Shown here: piece by piece, positions 53,445-58,282 of the stretch
Layout of the letters: every line of letters begins with the position of its first letter
Position numbering within the stretch: position 1 is the first letter of the stretch
DNA from: Cytophagales bacterium
GTDB lineage: Bacteria; Bacteroidota; Bacteroidia; Cytophagales; ES-bin-26
Assembly: GCA_014379925.1 (NCBI GenBank)
Contig: JACMKY010000100.1
Span: 1 to 58,282 of the forward strand
DNA: 58,282 bases
Direction: 5' to 3'
The notes under the pieces: model-generated
Seen by the model: only the letters and a program-made list of their open reading frames with translations
Told to the model about the DNA's origin: nothing
The model's database searches: none
Translations under genes and position numbers: made by a program

Positions 53445-53577
53445 GCCCGGCGCACCAGACTGGCTTTCCAATCGGGCGCGGGGCCGCCCAGGTGCATTCT
53501 TCGTCTGACCACCGCAATCCCCCCGTTTTTCACTATACTTGTTTTCTGGCTTCTCACCCCCCGAAAACCCTACCCGA

Positions 53578-54900
53578 ATGGCACTCCGCTGGGCAACGTT
53601 GCGCAAGAACTTAACCTTTCAGGTACTGACGGCCATCGGACTCGGCATTCTGCTGGGTGCTTTCTTTCCCCGGGCGGGGGCGGCGATGAAGCCGGTCGGC
53701 GAAACGTTCATCAACCTCATCAAGATGGTGATCGTGCCCATCATCTTCCTGACGGTGGTGTTGGGCATCGGCAGCATCGGGAACCTGAAAAAGGTGGGGC
53801 GGGTAGGCGGCAAGGCCCTGTTGTACTTTGAAATCATCACCACCATTGCCCTGGTGATCGGCATTGTGGTGGCCAACCTGGTAAAACCCGGCGCGGGAGT
53901 AAATACGGCCGCCGTGGCAACGGCCACCGTGGGAAAAGGAGCGGCGGCTCCGTACGCCGATCAGGCCGCCGAGATGGACTGGGTGGCTTTTTTCACCCAC
54001 ATCGTTCCCGCCAACGTGTTCGAAGCCTTTGCCAAGGGCGACATCCTGCAGGTCCTGTTCTTTTCGGTGCTGTTCGGGTTGGCCCTCACCAAGCTGGGGG
54101 CGTACGGCGAACCCATCCTACGTTCCTTCGAACGCTTCTCCAAGGTACTCTTCGCCCTGCTGGGCATGGTCATGAGGCTCGCCCCGCTGGGCGCTTTCGG
54201 CGGGATGGCGTTTACCGTCGGCCGGTACGGCGTGGCCACGCTCTTGCCCCTGGCGCAGCTCATGGCCGTGGTCTACACCACGATGTTCGTCTTCATCTTC
54301 GTGGTCTTGAACGGCGTGGCGCGCCTGTTTGGCTTCAGCCTGTGGCGTTACCTGGGCTTCATCCGGGAGGAAATCCTGATTGTGCTGGGTACCTCCTCGT
54401 CGGAGTCGGTGCTGCCCCGGATGATCGACAAGATGGAGCGCTTCGGCTGTTCGCGGTCGGTGTCGAGCCTGGTTATTCCGACGGGCTACTCGTTCAACCT
54501 CGACGGCACGACCATTTACCTGGCCATCGCCACCATTTTCCTGGCGCAAGCCTTCGGCATTGACCTGAGTTTGGGGCAGCAACTGACCATCATCGGCATC
54601 CTGATGGTGACCAGCAAGGGCGCGGCGGCGGTCACGGGCGGTGGCTTCATCGTGCTGGCTTCCACGCTGGCGGCGACGAAGGTGATTCCGGTGGAAGGGC
54701 TGGCCCTGCTGTTGGGTGTGGACCGGTTCATGTCCGAGGCCCGCGCCATCACCAACCTCATCGGCAACGGCGTGGCCACGGTGGTGGTAGCCAAGAGCGA
54801 GGGGGAATTCGACGAGGCAAAATACCGGCGGGCGCTGGCCGGGGAAAACGAGCCAACCGAAACCGTGGATGAGCTGATGAGTGAAAAATTGAACGGATGA
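53578..54900 (+). CDS. dctA: C4-dicarboxylate / dicarboxylate-amino acid:cation symporter (DctA family)
   Basis: The Met at 53578 gives MALRWATLRKNLTFQVLTAIGLGILLG. Other motifs are VLPRMIDKME, IPTGYSFNLDGT, VTSKGAAAVTGGGFIVLA and NLIGNGVATVVVAK. Confidence 0.9.
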   Translation: MALRWATLRKNLTFQVLTAIGLGILLGAFFPRAGAAMKPVGETFINLIKMVIVPIIFLTVVLGIGSIGNLKKVGRVGGKALLYFEIITTIALVIGIVVANLVKPGAGVNTAAVATATVGKGAAAPYADQAAEMDWVAFFTHIVPANVFEAFAKGDILQVLFFSVLFGLALTKLGAYGEPILRSFERFSKVLFALLGMVMRLAPLGAFGGMAFTVGRYGVATLLPLAQLMAVVYTTMFVFIFVVLNGVARLFGFSLWRYLGFIREEILIVLGTSSSESVLPRMIDKMERFGCSRSVSSLVIPTGYSFNLDGTTIYLAIATIFLAQAFGIDLSLGQQLTIIGILMVTSKGAAAVTGGGFIVLASTLAATKVIPVEGLALLLGVDRFMSEARAITNLIGNGVATVVVAKSEGEFDEAKYRRALAGENEPTETVDELMSEKLNG

Positions 54901-54935
54901 ACGCGTCTCTCGCTCCTGGTTTTACGCATTTCTAT

Positions 54936-55006
54936 TTACTCATCCGACGGTGCATTGCATCGACGCTACTCATCCACTCCTAGGCTCATCCACTCAAAAA
55001 AATCTT
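54936..55006. repeat. Copy C of the dispersed intergenic repeat
   Basis: TTACTCATCCGACGGTGCATTGCATCGACGCTACTCATCCACTCCTAGGCTCATCCACTC shares the ...GCA..GCA.CGACGCTACTCATC core and the CTCATCCACTC units with copies A and B. Confidence 0.75.
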
Positions 55007-55068
55007 TCGACGGGTGTGATTTTTTTATCCTTCCGGCTACTAACCGTTCAGGATTAACTTCGAAAACG

Positions 55069-55560
55069 GTGGAAAAGGAGTTTGTCAATCTACTGAACGC
55101 ACACCCGGGCATTCTTTACAAGATTTGCCATTTGTATTGCGGGGACGAAGAAGACCGCAAAGACCTTTTTCAGGAGATGGTGCTCCAACTCTGGAAGGCT
55201 TTCCCGGCTTTCCGGCGCGAAGCCAAAGCCAGCACCTGGATGTACCGCGTCGCCCTCAACACCGCCGTCTCCAACTTCCGCCAGGGACGGCGAAATCCGC
55301 GCCCGGCTCCCTTGTCTTCCGCCGCGCTGCAGATTCCTGATCTGGCTACCGGAGCGGCCGGGCACGAGGAGATGGCCCAACTCTACGCGGCGATTGAACA
55401 CCTGACCGCCGTGGAAAAAGCGCTGGTGATGCTCTACCTCGACGAGAAAACCTACGAGGAAATGGCGATCATCCTCGGCATCGGCAAATCGAACGTGGGT
55501 ACCAAGCTGAGCCGTATCCGGGCCAAGCTGGAGAGAATGATGAAACCCGTTGCGCGGTAG
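55069..55560 (+). CDS. ECF-type RNA polymerase sigma-70 family factor
   Basis: Region 2 is DLFQEMVLQLWKAFPAF...WMYRVALN. Region 4 is LTAVEKALVMLYLDEKTYEEMAIILGIGKSNVGTKLSRIRAKL. The ORF is open from 54955, but those first 38 codons are encoded by repeat copy C. The GTG at 55069 (VEKEFVNLL) gives a typical N-terminus; the start remains uncertain. Confidence 0.8.
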   Translation: MEKEFVNLLNAHPGILYKICHLYCGDEEDRKDLFQEMVLQLWKAFPAFRREAKASTWMYRVALNTAVSNFRQGRRNPRPAPLSSAALQIPDLATGAAGHEEMAQLYAAIEHLTAVEKALVMLYLDEKTYEEMAIILGIGKSNVGTKLSRIRAKLERMMKPVAR

Positions 55561-55667
55561 GCGGATAGCCACCGGCGGCCTGGTGAAGATGCTTGCGTGG
55601 TGGACTTGGCTGCCCGAGCGGATGCTGACGACCAATAACCAACAACAAAGGATAACCAACAACGGAC

Positions 55668-56291
55668 ATGAACTTAGACGAAATGAAAACCACTTGGCAA
55701 GCGTATGACCAGAGGATAGCGGCCACCCACCAACTAAGTGAACGCCTGGTGCGCTCGATGATGAAGGACAAATCGAAAGGAACCCTGGCCCGAATGAGGC
55801 AGGAACTGAGGCTGGTTTCGGTTATTTTTACGGCGGTGATTTTTTTCTTCTCCGCGGTCATCCTCGGCAATGCTTTCGATTACACCCACTGGCTGGAATA
55901 CATTCCGACGGTGCTGTACATGCTGCTGGCCAGCACGGGATTGGTGCTTATCCTGGGAGAGTACCGCCAGCTCCGAAAGGTCAACCTGACGAAAGAAAAC
56001 CTGCGGGAAAGCCTTCGATTGGTGATCCGGTCGCACGAACGGTTTGGAGCAGCGTTGGGAAAGGTGTGGAAGTTGTGCATGGGGGCCGGTTTCCTGTTCG
56101 GGGTTTCCTTCGTGGCCCGAACCATCCCGAAGTACGGATGGGGCAAAGCCTTCCTCTTCGTGGGTGGTCAAGCGCTCCTCATCCTCCTGTTGTACGCAGT
56201 GGCCCGGTGGCTATTCGATGCTTTCCAGGATCCGCATACGGCCCAACTGAAGGAGAACCTGCGGGAGCTGGAAGAATTCGACTCCAATTGA
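55668..56291 (+). CDS. Hypothetical 4-TM membrane protein downstream of the ECF sigma factor (possible non-canonical anti-sigma partner)
   Basis: 207 aa with a cytoplasmic N-terminal ~45 aa followed by 4 TM helices. No zf-HC2 motif is present. It is preceded by the direct repeat ATAACCAACAAC x2 (55635-55646, 55652-55663). Confidence 0.65.
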   Translation: MNLDEMKTTWQAYDQRIAATHQLSERLVRSMMKDKSKGTLARMRQELRLVSVIFTAVIFFFSAVILGNAFDYTHWLEYIPTVLYMLLASTGLVLILGEYRQLRKVNLTKENLRESLRLVIRSHERFGAALGKVWKLCMGAGFLFGVSFVARTIPKYGWGKAFLFVGGQALLILLLYAVARWLFDAFQDPHTAQLKENLRELEEFDSN

Positions 56292-56448
56292 CGGGGATTT
56301 AACAGGAGGTAATCCAAGCGGCCCGATCAAGCCGAAATAGCACTGGGGAAAAGAAATGCTGCGGCTCGAAAACGAACGGATACCGGCCATGATTGGGCGC
56401 GGTTGCCCCGCGCCGGAACGCCTGATTCACGCAACCAAACCGCTCGTG

Positions 56449-57348
56449 CTACCCCCTTCTCAACGCGCCGGCTAGCACGCTCCGGATGCTCGTCCACTTC
56501 ACCTCCGGGTAGCGATCATTGTCGAGCGGTTCATTCTGGACGCTGAACATGCTGTGCAGGTACTGCGTCTGTTGCCAGCCAGGGTAGATTTCCTGCTCGC
56601 CCTCGGGATGCGCGGCGCGGTCGCGTCGGTTGTGGGCGGCGAGTTCCTCCCGACTGCCCATGCGGACCAGTTCGAACTTCTCCTTGGTCACCTCCCCCGC
56701 GACCGTTACCAGCTCCTTGGGGCTGATTTGGAAGCTGGCAATGCGCAGAATCCTCGGGGTGGCGGCGTCCAGCGCGGCGGCCGCCGTGAACGCCGCCGTG
56801 TCGTCCATGGTCGTAAAATCCACCCGCCAATCGGGGTCTTCCCAATAGCCGATGCGCTTCTGCTGGAAGTCGAGCAGCGGAATATTGTAGGTCAATACCT
56901 CGCCGAATGCCCCGTTGAGAATCGAGGTGCCCGCGATGGACGTCTTGTCGAGGTGTTCATTGAACGCCCGCCGCAGATCAAAATTGCGGTTATCGCCGAC
57001 TGAAAGCCTGGTGAAGTCGCTCGAAAAATCGGATGGAATGAAGCGGGGCACGCCCGCCGCGATGGCCGCTCCGAGCAGGACCGACTGGGTTTCAACGATC
57101 ACGTCGTGCAAGCCCTGCAGCGCCGAGATGACGCAGGAGGCTCCCGCGCACGCCCGCGTGAGTTGAGGCACGTCCGACATGTCTACTCGGAAGACCTTCA
57201 CCCCGCGTTGCTCAAGCTTTTCCACCTTAGCGCGGTCGGTGCCGGAACGAACCAGGGCGCGAACATCCGCGCCTCGGTCGAGCAAAGCATGAATAATCCG
57301 TCCGCCGAGATTACCCGTCCCGCCGGCTACTAGAATTGTCGTTGTCAT
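56449..57348 (-). CDS. NmrA-family NAD(P)-binding protein (isoflavone-reductase-like)
   Basis: 299 aa. It has the Rossmann motif TILVAGGTGNLGGRI, and its length and pattern are typical of NmrA/PCBER-like reductases. Confidence 0.85.
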   Translation of the reverse strand: MTTTILVAGGTGNLGGRIIHALLDRGADVRALVRSGTDRAKVEKLEQRGVKVFRVDMSDVPQLTRACAGASCVISALQGLHDVIVETQSVLLGAAIAAGVPRFIPSDFSSDFTRLSVGDNRNFDLRRAFNEHLDKTSIAGTSILNGAFGEVLTYNIPLLDFQQKRIGYWEDPDWRVDFTTMDDTAAFTAAAALDAATPRILRIASFQISPKELVTVAGEVTKEKFELVRMGSREELAAHNRRDRAAHPEGEQEIYPGWQQTQYLHSMFSVQNEPLDNDRYPEVKWTSIRSVLAGALRRG

Positions 57349-58282
57349 TGGTTGGTTTTCTTTTACGTTTCACGAAATTAAAAATGAATATTTTGAGTAG
57401 CGTTTTCGCTCCTCACCCGTGCAGGACCAACTGATGGCAAATCAGTGGCAGGCCCGTTATCCTAGTGGTCCCAAGGCATTGCGCAGAATGACGCAGTGAA
57501 TGAGGGTGGGAGTGATCGAAGCGTCAGGCCGGCCGGGAGGTGGAAGTCGGGCCTTGGTTGCTGGTGAAAAAAAATAGCAAGGTACGGTCGATGTAAAAAG
57601 TCTGGCCGAGAAAGTTGGTTGCAAAATGCCTCTGGATTTGCTGCTCCAACCGTCGTTTGGCTTGCGCAACTCCTTGACCGATCACTTGGGGTATTTCCGG
57701 CCGGTCGGGAACGTAGCCCGCAAAAAGGGATTCCCCCAGGGATTCAAACATCACCGTCAAACGTACGTGCATTGCCATGGGGGAAAAGGTTAGAACGGCA
57801 ACAACCAGGTTTCGCCGGAAGGCTGTTTTGCCACGCAGGCGCGGGACAAAAGGTAGTATAAACACTGACTCGCCAAAAATAAGTAAAAACACGGATATTC
57901 TGGCGTCAAATGAGGTAATACACCAAAGAGCGATTGCGTACGTCATTTAAAACAGGTGGCCATACAAGGCAGGAAAGCCCGGCCGGGCGCAGCGGGTAGC
58001 CGGAGGGCGATCCGTTCAAAGGCGTGGCGTACGAAGCAGAAGCAGTGAACCGTGGGTGCTTAAGAAAAGGGTGCCGGCCGCCGTTGGTAAGAGATGGAGT
58101 TGGGTTAAACCGCCCCTGGAAGGTGTCCAAACGTCCGCAAGGGCGTGCCGGGGTAGTTGCCGTCCGTGATCCGACGAAACAAGGGCACGGTCCTGCCCAC
58201 CGGCATAATGGCTTCCAGTTCAGCCAGTATTGGTTGTTGGCGTAAAAAGAGGTGAATGTTTCACTCTGCGAAGGTACTGGGA

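Noticed and set aside
54955-55068. The ATG at 54955 might be the start of the ECF sigma factor.
   Set aside because: The first 38 codons are encoded by dispersed repeat copy C and give a sequence unlike sigma-70 region 1/2 N-termini. The GTG at 55069 is preferred but remains unproven.
57349-58282. ORFs at the right edge: 57524-57946 (minus, 140 aa), 57906-58130 (minus, open to the window end) and 58024-58245 (plus).
   Set aside because: None shows a recognisable domain, a signal peptide or convincing composition. A real gene or a remnant (possibly a regulator divergent from the NmrA-like gene) may be present, but I cannot support a call from sequence alone.
1-58282. A search by eye for tRNA or rRNA genes, transposases, integrases, restriction-modification, toxin-antitoxin or known anti-phage defence genes.
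   Set aside because: No T-loop/acceptor-like tRNA signatures, rRNA segments, DDE or tyrosine-recombinase motifs, nuclease/helicase defence modules or reverse transcriptases were recognised. The only island-type trace is the RhuM remnant.

Overview
This is a 58.3-kb chromosomal segment that looks GC-rich by eye. It is most likely from a Bacteroidota genome of Cytophagia type (Hymenobacter/Spirosoma-like); that is an inference from lipobox signal peptides, TAnnTTTG-type -7 boxes, absence of Shine-Dalgarno sequences, a PorV/PorQ-like barrel and the DnaK sequence. I can support about 45 protein genes, 2 decayed gene remnants, several intrinsic terminators and two families of short intergenic repeats. 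I found no rRNA, tRNA, CRISPR array, transposase, integrase or recognisable phage or defence gene. Gene content from left to right: (1) a Wza/Wzc/Wzx polysaccharide export block headed by a large DUF3352-like protein; (2) a di-haem cytochrome c peroxidase plus a PhoX-like protein; (3) dnaK; (4) a signalling locus CheR, receiver-less CheB, TM-GAF, giant Cache/HAMP/GAF/PAS/PP2C phosphatase, SiaB-like kinase and SiaC-like DUF1987 protein; (5) an ABCG-type transporter with a TerB-like N-terminus that is apparently frameshifted, plus a lipoprotein and a small Cys-containing secreted protein; (6) an AraC regulator and an acyl-CoA dehydrogenase; (7) a minus-strand cAMP block: HD protein, transporter-like/HEAT/cNMP-binding protein, 7TMR-DISM histidine kinase and receiver-adenylate cyclase; (8) a two-gene His-motif membrane/secreted pair; (9) a decayed patch with a RhuM remnant, an L,D-transpeptidase and a Usp remnant; (10) DUF2807, TPR and LytTR regulator genes and a Crp/hypothetical/SRPBCC operon; (11) a PorQ-like barrel coupled to a helix-hairpin-helix outer-membrane barrel; (12) a J-domain membrane protein, dctA, an ECF sigma factor plus a membrane protein, and an NmrA-like reductase. 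The best candidate for an undescribed system is locus (4). It has an orphan CheR/CheB methylation pair with no MCP, CheA or CheW, operonically joined to a SiaABC-type PP2C/kinase/DUF1987 partner switch that has no diguanylate cyclase output. Secondary candidates are the cAMP block, the His-motif membrane pair and the HhH outer-membrane barrel. All functional calls come from motif recognition by eye; no database search was possible.
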